Positions 1 to 9,174 of a DNA stretch of 63,285 nt are shown in pieces. Origin of the DNA: an uncultured Treponema sp. GTDB taxonomy: Bacteria; Spirochaetota; Spirochaetia; Treponematales; Treponemataceae. The position numbers and the translations under genes are program-made. The notes beneath the pieces were generated by a model. The model searched no databases. It was not told where the DNA came from and worked only from the letters and a program-made list of their open reading frames with translations. The stretch spans positions 1 to 63,285 of the forward strand of contig CAMEET010000001.1 in assembly GCA_945915085.1 (NCBI GenBank), in the 5' to 3' direction. How positions within the stretch are numbered: position 1 is the stretch's first letter; every line of letters begins with the position of its first letter.

Positions 1-173
1 ACCTTACGATTTTATACGTAATTATTGAACAATTTTTCATTTTTTTCTTTTTTTTGAATTAAGGGAACAGTGCAGTCAATCCTGTCGCCATCAGCTGCTA
101 GCTAGCTTTTGATTAAAATTTTTTACACCACCGAAAATTCTTTTTTCACAAGTCGACAGTTTTTTTACACTCC

Positions 174-260
174 GCCAAAACTCGTGAGAACTGGGGGTAT
201 CTGGCTTGTGGTAACTGAATTTAAATTGGTGCTCAAAACAGGGACAGACCTTGATTTTAA
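174..260 (+). repeat. Intergenic repeat family E copy 1 (GCCAAAACTCGTG...GGCTTGTGGTAACT...TTGGTG...CAGGGACAGACCT)
   Basis: The same four blocks occur in the same order in the reverse complement of 57597-57677. Confidence 0.7.
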
Positions 261-492
261 GCGTGAAAGCTCCCTTTCCGATTCAGTACAATCTTAAATC
301 CTTGCAGAAAGTACATCTCAGCTGCAAAATTTACTATTGGTGATTTTGTGGTGACCGTTTGCGAGAATTGGTGATAATTTGCGGGTGTTTTTTCTTTTGA
401 TATCATTGTTTGTAGTATATCATAAAAGCACAATCTGAATTCAATAATTAAAAAATTGAATAAAGTTTAGTTTACAAAATACGGAGGCTTTT

Positions 493-909
493 ATGAATCT
501 AAATTTATTTTATTGTCAACATTGTGGGAAAATTATTGCCATAATTAAAAATTCATGTGCTCAAACAATTTGTTGCGAAGATCCTATGATAAAACTTCAT
601 GTAAACACATCACAAAATCTTCTGGAAAACAATTCAACAAAAAACAATCCGCAGAGAAATCACAATGTTCCAATCATAAGTGTAAAAGGAAAAACGATTT
701 CTGTGACTTTGGGCAGCAAAATTTCAAATCCAAAACAAATTTCACCTTCAAAGCAATTGGATTGGATTTTGATTCAGTCAGGAATCGTAAACAGTAGATT
801 AAAAAATCCTGCATTTTCTCAAATATCCACACCTCAGGATTTTTCCAGTGAATTAGATTTTGCTGTAATGTCTGGTGAAAGAGTTGAAGCAGACTTTTCA
901 TTATTTTGA
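493..909 (+). CDS. Desulfoferrodoxin/superoxide reductase-like protein, degenerate (possible pseudogene)
   Basis: GGAGG RBS. N-terminal FYCQHCG...CC..M desulforedoxin centre-I motif. Centre-II motifs EKHVP/HPM/EEHYI/CNLH are altered or missing. Confidence 0.65.
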   Translation: MNLNLFYCQHCGKIIAIIKNSCAQTICCEDPMIKLHVNTSQNLLENNSTKNNPQRNHNVPIISVKGKTISVTLGSKISNPKQISPSKQLDWILIQSGIVNSRLKNPAFSQISTPQDFSSELDFAVMSGERVEADFSLF

Positions 910-1559
910 AATTCTTCTTTGTATAACTCGATAAGTTGTTCTTTTGAAATATTTCCATTTCGTTCACGTGCTGACTTTAGTTTTCTGTAAACGGTATTTT
1001 CACTGTATCCTTTTACTTCTTTCTGATAAGTTTTGCCGTCACAAATCTGTGAAAGTATTTCAATTTCATCATCATATAAAATCAGTCTTTTACGTTCGAA
1101 TTTATTATCAAGGACGTAAATCACAATTCCAAGAAACCAAATGGAGCGAAAAAAATGAATAAAAAACAAATACAAAGGTTCTTCATTAATCAAAAAGGCA
1201 CAAATCACGCTGATAAAATAGATTATGATAGCTGGCTTAGCAATTTTCGGCTGAATCATGATTACAAGGCAGATTATGAAAAGTGCCGTAAAATTATTAA
1301 AAAGCAAGGTTTTTTCAAAAGCAATAACAAAAACAAGGATGACTGCGTAAACAAGATAAAAATATGCAAAGCACTTCTTTCGAAAGATAAGTCCAAATGG
1401 AATATAGATGGTATTCACGATGATGTAAATAATCGTTCCAACATCAAATTCTTTTTGTATCCCTTTAAAACAATATAAAAGGCTTTCGATTAACGCTATG
1501 GTGCATGTAAAAATTACAAAATTGTCTTTTAAAAATAATCTTATGACTTTGGATTTCAT
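834..1559 (-). CDS. Multi-pass membrane protein with C-terminal LuxR/GerE-like HTH
   Basis: About 6 hydrophobic segments, then LILYDDEIEILSQICDGKTYQKEVKGYSENTVYRKLKSARER. GGAGGG RBS before the ATG at 1559. Confidence 0.6.
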   Translation of the reverse strand: MKSKVIRLFLKDNFVIFTCTIALIESLLYCFKGIQKEFDVGTIIYIIVNTIYIPFGLIFRKKCFAYFYLVYAVILVFVIAFEKTLLFNNFTALFIICLVIMIQPKIAKPAIIIYFISVICAFLINEEPLYLFFIHFFRSIWFLGIVIYVLDNKFERKRLILYDDEIEILSQICDGKTYQKEVKGYSENTVYRKLKSARERNGNISKEQLIELYKEEFQNNEKSASTLSPDITAKSNSLEKS

Positions 1560-1728
1560 AATTCCCTCCAAAAATGTTATTGGCGAAAGAGGGAAAGCTT
1601 GAAGTGATGTAATTGTGAATTCAATACTTTTCCAATAACTTTTTTTTTATTATAATTCTAAGTCAAGATAATTGCAAAATTTTTTTTTGGATTTGATGTT
1701 TTTTTCAAGAACTCTTTTTCAACTATTT

Positions 1729-3633
1729 TCAACTGTTTACAATATCCGAAATAATCTGTAAAACGGCTCTTCCAAACTCTTCGGACTTGGCTTTTCCAAT
1801 TCCATACACGTTCAAAAGTTCGTTTTTGTTTGAAGGCTTTTTTGCAGCTAAATCAAGAAGCGTTTTATCACCGAAAATCATAAATGGCGGAATATTCAAA
1901 TCATCAGCTTTTCTTTTACGCCAGTTTTTTAAGCTTTCTGTTATTTTATCTGCAATTTCATCATTTAAAGCTGGTTTTTCAGGAGTAATTCGTTTTGCAG
2001 CCACAAACATTCCATCCTGATAATCATTTTTATAACCTGCTGATTTTTTTGGAAACCCATGAATTGCAGTTTTTGTAAACGGAAGTTTAACTTCTGCTCT
2101 AGATGCCAGAATTTTCTTTCCAGTTTCTGTAATTTCCAAAATATTGTATTCGCCGCTTTTCCTCAGATAATTTTCACAAATCAATAAATCAACAAGTTCA
2201 AGCCATTCTTCTTTTGAAAATTCCTTTCCAATTCCCCATGTTGAAAGTTTGTCATGCTTGTTTTCAATAATTCTTTTTGATTTTGAACCAAGCAATACGT
2301 CTATCACATACAAAGCACCAAAACGCTGATTTGTTCTGATGATGCATGACATTAATTTTTGCATTGGAATTGTAACATCATAAAGTTCTGGTTTACCGCG
2401 GCTGCAAATATCACAACAGCAATTTTTTGCAGCGTTATCTTCTTTTTCATCAGGATTATAAATTTCTCCAAAATATGAAAGCAACGCTTTTCTTCTGCAG
2501 TTTTTAGTTGTGGCAAAATTTACCATTCCCTGCAAAAGTAATTCTGCTTTTTGAACGTCGCATGTTTCATCAAAAAAATAGCGGATTTTATGGATGTCAT
2601 TTGAACTGTATAATAAAAGTGAACTTGAAGGCAAACCATCGCGGCCAGCCCGTCCAATCTGCTGATAATATTCTTCTATAGATTTAGGCAAATCATTATT
2701 GATGACAAAACGGACATTCGGCTTGTTTATTCCCATTCCAAATGCAACTGTCGCAACCATTATCTGCACTTTATCTTTGATAAAAAGATCCTGATTTTTT
2801 GCACGAATCTCATCACTTAATCCAGCATGATAATTCAACACCGAAAATCCCAGATTTTCCAAATCTTTTGTAAGGTCATCTACCTGTTTTCTGGAAAAAC
2901 AATAAATAATACCGCTCTCTCCATTGTGTTTTTTTAGATAATCAACAATCTGCGTGATTCCTTTCCGCTTGAGCTGCACTTCCAGAAAAATATTTTCACG
3001 GTTAAAGCTGGAAATAAAAACCTTTTGATTTTTCATTTTCAGATTCAAGATTATGTCTGAACGAACCTGCTGAGTTGCAGTCGCTGTCAATGCGAGCATC
3101 ACAGCATCCGGAAAATAATTTCTGAGTGTGCATATTTCAAGATAATCAGGGCGAAAATCGTGTCCCCATTGAGAAATACAATGCGCTTCATCAATTGTAA
3201 TGCAGCTGACTTTCACTTCAGGGGAACTTAAAACTTCCCTAATTTTTGACGTTGCAATTCCTTCAGGTGAAACATACACAATTTTTACATCACCATTTTT
3301 GATTCTGTCAACAGTTTTCAGATAATCTTCCCATGATAAAGAACTGTTCAAAAAAGCTGACTGAATGCCCGATGTCAAAAGTCCTGTGACCTGGTCCTGC
3401 ATCAATGAAATCAGTGGAGAAATAACAACAGTTATTCCAACAAAAATCAAAGCTGGGATTTGATAGCAAAGAGATTTTCCTCCGCCAGTTGGCATGATTG
3501 CAAGTGTATCATTTTTATTTAAAACACTTGTAATTACATCTTTTTGAGGTTCTCGAAATTCATCGTAACCGAATACAGTTTTTAAAACGAATTCTGGTTC
3601 ACAGTTTTCAAAAGTTTTTGAATTAATTTTCAC
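1729..3633 (-). CDS. recQ: ATP-dependent DNA helicase RecQ
   Basis: MPTGGGKS, DEAHCISQWGHDFRP, ALTATA, GRAGRDG, Zn-binding Cys, RQC and HRDC regions. Probable GTG start at 3633. Confidence 0.96.
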   Translation of the reverse strand: MKINSKTFENCEPEFVLKTVFGYDEFREPQKDVITSVLNKNDTLAIMPTGGGKSLCYQIPALIFVGITVVISPLISLMQDQVTGLLTSGIQSAFLNSSLSWEDYLKTVDRIKNGDVKIVYVSPEGIATSKIREVLSSPEVKVSCITIDEAHCISQWGHDFRPDYLEICTLRNYFPDAVMLALTATATQQVRSDIILNLKMKNQKVFISSFNRENIFLEVQLKRKGITQIVDYLKKHNGESGIIYCFSRKQVDDLTKDLENLGFSVLNYHAGLSDEIRAKNQDLFIKDKVQIMVATVAFGMGINKPNVRFVINNDLPKSIEEYYQQIGRAGRDGLPSSSLLLYSSNDIHKIRYFFDETCDVQKAELLLQGMVNFATTKNCRRKALLSYFGEIYNPDEKEDNAAKNCCCDICSRGKPELYDVTIPMQKLMSCIIRTNQRFGALYVIDVLLGSKSKRIIENKHDKLSTWGIGKEFSKEEWLELVDLLICENYLRKSGEYNILEITETGKKILASRAEVKLPFTKTAIHGFPKKSAGYKNDYQDGMFVAAKRITPEKPALNDEIADKITESLKNWRKRKADDLNIPPFMIFGDKTLLDLAAKKPSNKNELLNVYGIGKAKSEEFGRAVLQIISDIVNS

Positions 3634-3690
3634 ATAATTATTATAACACACTTGATTAATCCTATAAAGTATGATATATTTAAATCATTC

Positions 3691-3773
3691 GCCGGAGTGG
3701 TGGAATGGTAGACACGACAGACTCAAAATCTGTTGCGAGCAATCGTGTAAGAGTTCAAGTCTCTTCTCCGGTA
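3691..3773 (+). tRNA. tRNA-Leu (anticodon CAA), CCA not encoded
   Basis: Acceptor GCCGGAG/CTCCGGT, D-loop TGGTA, anticodon arm ACAGA-CTCAAAA-TCTGT, long variable arm, T-loop GTTCAAGT. Confidence 0.96.
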
Positions 3774-3776
3774 TTT

Positions 3777-3805
3777 AGACTTCCAAAAATGGAAGTCTTT
3801 TTTTT
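3777..3805 (+). terminator. Rho-independent terminator after tRNA-Leu
   Basis: AGACTTCCA-AAAA-TGGAAGTCT followed by a T tract. Confidence 0.85.
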
Positions 3806-3827
3806 ATTTAAATTCTTTTTTTTGATT

Positions 3828-5411
3828 CTAGATTTCTGGCACAATATTGCTGCACAGTTTTCTGTAATCTATTGCTTCTGCCAAATGAATTGGTAAAATA
3901 GATTCTTTTTCTTCCATGTCGGCAATAGTTCTTGCAACTTTTAAACACGAAGATATTGCTCGCGGAGAAAATCCATAACGTTCAACTGCTTTTTTCAGAA
4001 GTTCACTGCATTCTTCGTTCAATTTGCAGAATTTTTCTATTTCCTGCGGCGAAAGTTTTGCGTTTTTTACAGACTGCCTTTTTTTCTGCATTTTGACAGC
4101 CTTTGCAATTTTTTTTCTGATTTCCTCAGTCGAATTAAAACCTTTTCTTTCATCATTTTCTGATTTTTTTTCTTCACAGTTCTCGTTTTCATTTTCTACA
4201 GGAACTCGTAAATCAATGCGGTCGAGCAGGGGAGCTGAAATTTTTTTCCAATACTGTTCAATTGCTCTTGCACTGCAAAGACATAATTTTGTTTTTGAAC
4301 CGTAATTTCCACAAGGACATGGATTTGTCGCCATCAAAAGCTGAAAGTTGGCAGGATAAATTGTGTTTCTTCCAGCCCGACTTAAAGTAATACAGCCATT
4401 TTCAAGAGGAACTCTCATCATCTGCAGAACTGAAGTACGAAATTCGGCTGCTTCATCAAGAAATAAAACTCCATTATGAGCAAGCGAAATTTCTCCGGGA
4501 CGACAGTTTGGACCTCCTCCACACATTCCTTCTGTTGAAGCAGTTTGATGTGGAATTCTGAATGGCGGAATTCGTACAAGCGGCTCTGAAGGCTTAATTA
4601 ATCCTGCCAGTGACCAAATTCTTGTGACTGCATGTGCTTCTTCCAAAGATAAAGCAGGATTGATGGCAGGAAATTTCTGGATTGCCATTGTTTTACCGCA
4701 ACCAGGAGCTCCTACAGCCACAAGATTATGACCGCCGGCTGCTGCAATCTGCAATGCACGCACAAGTTTTGACTGACCTTTTATTTCGGCAAACTCAAAA
4801 CCTGGCGTCATCGCAGAAAAATAAACTCCATCCACGTCCACACAGTTCGCAGGAACAACGTCTTTTTTCTCATCGGATTTTCCATCCTTAAAAACAGATT
4901 TGTCTTTCAAAGCGTAAAATGCGTTTTCCAAAGAATCAGCACCATAAATTTTCGCTCCGCGTACTTCGATTGCTTCATCAAAGTTTAAACTCGGAACAAT
5001 ACAATACTTGATTCCATTCGAAACTGCCGTAGAAACAGCTGCATTTATACCTTTGACAGCTCTAATCTTTCCAGACAATTCAAGTTCACCCATAATCAAA
5101 ACCTGTTCATCAATAAAATCGGTCATTCCATCGGCTTTTCCCTGCGCAAAAAGCACACAAAGTGCAATCGGCAAATCAAAACCTGCACCTTCTTTTTTCA
5201 AGTCAGCTGGAGACAAACTTATCAAAACACGTTCCTTTGGAAACTCAAACTGAGTGTTTCGGATAGCCGCCTGCATTCTTTCTCTAGACTCCTTTACAGC
5301 ACCGTCGGCAAGCCCTACAATGTCCACTGCCGGTATCCCACGTCTCAAATCAACCTCAATAGTCACTAAGGCACCTTCAAAGCCAAAAGGCGAAAAAGAA
5401 AAAATCTGCAT
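3828..5411 (-). CDS. comM: YifB/ComM family Mg-chelatase-like AAA+ ATPase
   Basis: IVGLAD.AVKESRER, LSPADLKKEG.GFDLPIA, GAPGCGKT, GEISLAHNGVLFLDE, ATNPCPCG, ARTIAD. Confidence 0.92.
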   Translation of the reverse strand: MQIFSFSPFGFEGALVTIEVDLRRGIPAVDIVGLADGAVKESRERMQAAIRNTQFEFPKERVLISLSPADLKKEGAGFDLPIALCVLFAQGKADGMTDFIDEQVLIMGELELSGKIRAVKGINAAVSTAVSNGIKYCIVPSLNFDEAIEVRGAKIYGADSLENAFYALKDKSVFKDGKSDEKKDVVPANCVDVDGVYFSAMTPGFEFAEIKGQSKLVRALQIAAAGGHNLVAVGAPGCGKTMAIQKFPAINPALSLEEAHAVTRIWSLAGLIKPSEPLVRIPPFRIPHQTASTEGMCGGGPNCRPGEISLAHNGVLFLDEAAEFRTSVLQMMRVPLENGCITLSRAGRNTIYPANFQLLMATNPCPCGNYGSKTKLCLCSARAIEQYWKKISAPLLDRIDLRVPVENENENCEEKKSENDERKGFNSTEEIRKKIAKAVKMQKKRQSVKNAKLSPQEIEKFCKLNEECSELLKKAVERYGFSPRAISSCLKVARTIADMEEKESILPIHLAEAIDYRKLCSNIVPEI

Positions 5412-5614
5412 TCATCAATCCTCCGTAAAAAAATATTCGTTAACTATAATATGTATCGAACATGACGATTTTATACGTAAATTTTCAAAAAAAATGAAAA
5501 AATTTTAAAAAAATTTGATTTTTTTTGTATATTGATGTGATATAATTGAAAATGTAAAGGTGTTGACTCGTGAAATCGTGCGAACAAAATTTGTTTTGGT
5601 ATGATTACATTAAG

Positions 5615-5740
5615 TTTAAACCGTGGCAAGGATTGTAAGGGCTGGCGAAGCCAGTTCCGAAGCGTAGCGAAGGAATGAAGGCGCTTTGACGCCGGAACCC
5701 TGAAAAGCCTGTTTTTTGCGAAGCAAAAAGCCACCCAAAT
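5615..5740 (+). repeat. Structured intergenic repeat family A copy 1 (Flavo-1-like candidate)
   Basis: CCGTGGCAAGGAT...GGAACCC...AGCCTGTTTTTTGCGAAGCAAAAAGCCACCCA, shared with 20137-20300 and 39019-39146 (reverse complement). Confidence 0.85.
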
Positions 5741-5766
5741 AAATAAAAAAAACATGGTATTATACT

Positions 5767-6813
5767 ATGAATAAAATTGTTAAAAAAATTATGTTTTCTG
5801 TTTATGTTACCAGCATTTTTACGCTGATTTCATGTTCGGGAAATAAAAATCAAAAGGAAAGAAAAATGGAAAATCAAAAAAAAGCAGAATACTCTGGCGA
5901 AACTGGAAAAAATCCGATTATTTCTTCTATTTATACTGCGGATCCAGCTCCAATGGTTTACGGTGATACTTTGTATCTTTATACGACGCATGATGAAGAT
6001 AATCTTGTAAACAATTTTTACACAATGCTTGACTGGCGTTGTTTTTCTACAAAAGATATGGTTCATTGGACGGATCATGGTACTATTTTTTCATTAAAAG
6101 ATATTTCATGGGCAGATGATAGGGCGTGGGCTCCTCAGGCAGTTGCAAGAAACGGAAAATTTTATCTATATTGTCCTGTTCATAAAAAAAATGGAGGTAT
6201 GGCTATTGCAGTCGGTGTTTCAGATTCTCCTACAGGACCTTTTAGGGATTTAACACATCCTTTGGTTGACGAAGGAGATTGGAATGATATTGATCCTACT
6301 GTTTTTATTGATGATGACAATCAGGCTTATCTTTATTTTGGAAATCCACAATTGCGTTATGTTAAACTCAACGAAGATATGACTTCTTATGATAAAACAG
6401 TGGGCATTCAAAACATCCCTATGACAGTAGAATCTTTTGCAAAAGGAAGTCATAACACAGGCACCTCGTATGGAGAAGGTCCATGGTTTTACAAACGAAA
6501 CGGAATTTATTATATGGTTTATGCCGCATTTGCTGAAGGCGAAAAAAGAAATGAACATCTTGCATATTCTACTTCTGAATCTCCAACAGGTCCATGGGTA
6601 TATGGCGGCGTTTTGATGGAAGAAAGTAAATGTTTCACAAATCATCCTGGAATTGCAGATTTTAAGGGACATTCTTATCTTTTTTATCATACCGACCAGC
6701 TTCCAGGTGGAAATTTATTTCATCGTTCTGTTTGTGTTGCAGAATTTTCGTACAAAGAAGACGGTTCAATTGACACAGTTTCTATGTGTGATGAAATAAA
6801 AGGTTTAAAGTGA
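5767..6813 (+). CDS. GH43 glycoside hydrolase (xylosidase/arabinofuranosidase-type), lipoprotein
   Basis: Lipobox LISC. ADP, WAP, IDP, EGP and TNH GH43 motifs. Confidence 0.9.
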   Translation: MNKIVKKIMFSVYVTSIFTLISCSGNKNQKERKMENQKKAEYSGETGKNPIISSIYTADPAPMVYGDTLYLYTTHDEDNLVNNFYTMLDWRCFSTKDMVHWTDHGTIFSLKDISWADDRAWAPQAVARNGKFYLYCPVHKKNGGMAIAVGVSDSPTGPFRDLTHPLVDEGDWNDIDPTVFIDDDNQAYLYFGNPQLRYVKLNEDMTSYDKTVGIQNIPMTVESFAKGSHNTGTSYGEGPWFYKRNGIYYMVYAAFAEGEKRNEHLAYSTSESPTGPWVYGGVLMEESKCFTNHPGIADFKGHSYLFYHTDQLPGGNLFHRSVCVAEFSYKEDGSIDTVSMCDEIKGLK

Positions 6814-6835
6814 TTTTTTGCTTTTTTCTATTAAT

Positions 6836-7498
6836 ATGAATAAAAACTATTCAGAGCGTCACAAAGTTATACTTTCTCAATTGAAAAAAGAAATTACTTT
6901 TGATGATGGAATAAAAAATCTGATTGACTTGCGGGAAGAATTATTTAACCGCCATATTGAAAAATTTTTTTCCAGTCTTTCGAAAGAAGATTTCTGTAAA
7001 ATGCCGTTTGCGGGTTCTACAGGAAATGCGGATGCAACAATTGCGTGGTCCATCTATCATATTTTTAGGATAGAGGATATAATATGCCATGATTTTGTTT
7101 CTAATGACGAACAAATTTTCTTTTCACAGGATTATCAGAAAAAGATGAATTGTTCTGTTATTACAACAGCAAATGAAATGAATGATGATCAGATTATTGA
7201 ATTTTCAAATCAAATAAAACTTGATGAACTATTTTCATATGCAAAGGAAGTGAAAAATGTTTCTCAACAGGTTATAAAAAATTTGACTTTCAAGCATGCA
7301 AAAGAAAAGGTTAGCGAACAGCAGAAACAAAAACTTTTGATGCAGAATGTTGTTAGTTCAGATCCAAGTGCATTCTGGCTGGCAGACTATTGGTGTAAAA
7401 AAGATATAAAAGGATTGCTGCAGATGCCATTTAGTCGCCACTGGATTATGCATATTGACGCATGTGAAAGAATCTGTAAAAAAATTTTGAGCATGTAG
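6836..7498 (+). CDS. DinB-like family protein
   Basis: TIAWSIYHIFRIED and C-terminal RHWIMH His pattern. Start moved to the first ATG. Confidence 0.6.
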   Translation: MNKNYSERHKVILSQLKKEITFDDGIKNLIDLREELFNRHIEKFFSSLSKEDFCKMPFAGSTGNADATIAWSIYHIFRIEDIICHDFVSNDEQIFFSQDYQKKMNCSVITTANEMNDDQIIEFSNQIKLDELFSYAKEVKNVSQQVIKNLTFKHAKEKVSEQQKQKLLMQNVVSSDPSAFWLADYWCKKDIKGLLQMPFSRHWIMHIDACERICKKILSM

Positions 7499-7573
7499 TT
7501 TTCTTTATAAAAAATGGAGGCGTAATAAAAATTACATCCGTGAAATTTTTATGGAGGAGTAAGGTAACGAATT

Positions 7574-7723
7574 ATGGGTTGTGGAAGAGCTGTTTTATGT
7601 ATAATTTTCCCACCTCTTGCAGTAATGGATAGAGGGTGTGGAGCGATTTTATTAACTTTGATTTTGACTTGTGCTGGCTGGATTCCAGGATGTATTGTGG
7701 CAATATTGTTTAATAGAAAATAA
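7574..7723 (+). CDS. YqaE/Pmp3 (UPF0057) small membrane protein, 49 aa, not in the ORF track
   Basis: Translated by hand: MGCGRAVLCIIFPPLAVMDRGCGAILLTLILTCAGWIPGCIVAILFNRK. PPLAV and LT..GWIPG signatures. Confidence 0.9.
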   Translation: MGCGRAVLCIIFPPLAVMDRGCGAILLTLILTCAGWIPGCIVAILFNRK

Positions 7724-7766
7724 TACATGGAAAAAATAGTTTTGGTTACACTTTCAAGGAAAAAAT

Positions 7767-8171
7767 ATGACAGATATTGGAAAATTTTTAAGTGATATTC
7801 AAAGAATTAAAAAGCATGACAGACAGAATAATGGAGGAAATCCTGATTACAACAGAATATTCCGTGATTTGAACAATCTGTTCTTGCGTTCCACGTCATG
7901 TCCTGCAGATTTAGCACGTTCTGTTTTTGAATATTGGGAAAACGAATATATTTTTAATTCTCAAAATCAAAAAGAAGAACCATCTGAAGAAAATTCTCAA
8001 AGACTTGCAGCAATGCTTGCTTTTTTGGAAGATAGTGATGAATTTCAAAATCTTTTGACTCAAAATGATTGGCAGGAACTTGGTGATCTGGTAAATTATG
8101 AAGCTGAAGATTTGCCTGTGGATGTTTTACAGAGTTTAATGCGTGTTCTGGTGGAAAAAGGTGCTTACTGA
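7767..8171 (+). CDS. Hypothetical protein (acidic, helical)
   Basis: 134-aa ORF with AAGGA RBS, overlapping the next gene as in an operon. Confidence 0.7.
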   Translation: MTDIGKFLSDIQRIKKHDRQNNGGNPDYNRIFRDLNNLFLRSTSCPADLARSVFEYWENEYIFNSQNQKEEPSEENSQRLAAMLAFLEDSDEFQNLLTQNDWQELGDLVNYEAEDLPVDVLQSLMRVLVEKGAY

Positions 8172-9114
8172 CGAGTTTTATGTTCATTGTGAACAATGTC
8201 CAAGAAAATGCGGCGTGAATCGTCTTGAAAAACAGACTGGTTTTTGTCGTGAAACTGATGATTTGAGAATTGCATTTGCAGGGCTTCATTTTGGAGAAGA
8301 ACCTTTGATTACTGTAAATGGCGGAAGCGGAACTGTTTTTCTTACAGGATGCACTTTGCGGTGTAAATTCTGTCAAAATTATCAGATTTCTCAGGATGGA
8401 CTTGGAAAAGCAGTTGCTCAAAATGATTTTGTGCAGATTTGTAAAAAATTACAGGAAAATGGTGCAGAAAATATTAATCTGGTTACTCCGAGCCATCATA
8501 TTCCAAAACTAGCTGATTTTATAAAAGCAGCTAAAAATGATGGTGTGACAATTCCTTTTTGCTGGAATTCTTCAGCATACGAGTCAGTGGAAACACTTGA
8601 ACTGTTAAAAGGTCTTGTAACAATATGGCTTCCAGATTTAAAGACGTTATCTTCAGAACTTTCTGCAAAACTTTTTGATGCACAGGATTATCCTGAAAAA
8701 GCAGCAAAAGCAATCAAATGGATGATAGAAAATAATCCTTTGGAAATAATAGAAACATCAAATGGTAAAGAAAAAATGCTTTCTGGAGTAATTATCCGTC
8801 ATTTATATTTACCCGGAAAATTTTTGGAAACTGCTGATGTTTTGGAATTCCTGAAACATAATGCAGACGGAAAAGCGTGCATTTCGCTTATGAATCAATA
8901 TACACCTATTCCGGCAAAAAAAGGCAGAATTGTCGAATTTGAAGACAGACTTGTGAACAGCATGGAAGATTCTGACATTCAAGATTTAATCGAAGCCTAC
9001 GATTTTGATTATCTTTTTTATCAGGAATTAAGTGATGATACAAGCTGGCTGCCAGATTTCAACCTGAGTCAGCCGTTCAGTAATAAACTTGCAAAACCTG
9101 TCTGGCATTGTTGA
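8143..9114 (+). CDS. Radical SAM protein, PflX-like
   Basis: CEQCPRKCGVNR, HFGEEP, GSGTVFLTGCTLRCKFCQNYQIS (CxxxCxxC), NINLVTP, IIRHL. True start may be GTG 8161. Confidence 0.88.
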   Translation: MFWWKKVLTDEFYVHCEQCPRKCGVNRLEKQTGFCRETDDLRIAFAGLHFGEEPLITVNGGSGTVFLTGCTLRCKFCQNYQISQDGLGKAVAQNDFVQICKKLQENGAENINLVTPSHHIPKLADFIKAAKNDGVTIPFCWNSSAYESVETLELLKGLVTIWLPDLKTLSSELSAKLFDAQDYPEKAAKAIKWMIENNPLEIIETSNGKEKMLSGVIIRHLYLPGKFLETADVLEFLKHNADGKACISLMNQYTPIPAKKGRIVEFEDRLVNSMEDSDIQDLIEAYDFDYLFYQELSDDTSWLPDFNLSQPFSNKLAKPVWHC

Positions 9115-9174
9115 TTTTTTTTTAGAAATTAGTTATTTATTATTATGAACAAAAAATAATTTTTGGAGGTAATT

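Noticed and set aside
60-135. Possible fluoride riboswitch (GCTGATG on the minus strand)
   Set aside because: The 5' GGnGATGG and pseudoknot-pairing elements could not be found
3705-3896. 63-aa ORF
   Set aside because: It overlaps tRNA-Leu and its terminator, so it is a translation artefact
5471-5755. ORFs sharing peptides such as WVAFCFAKNRL or FRYR.SRFPRFAQSSGR (also 20134-20544, 38709-39293, 38992-39297)
   Set aside because: The similarity comes from repeat family A read in different frames. There is no consistent start, RBS or frame
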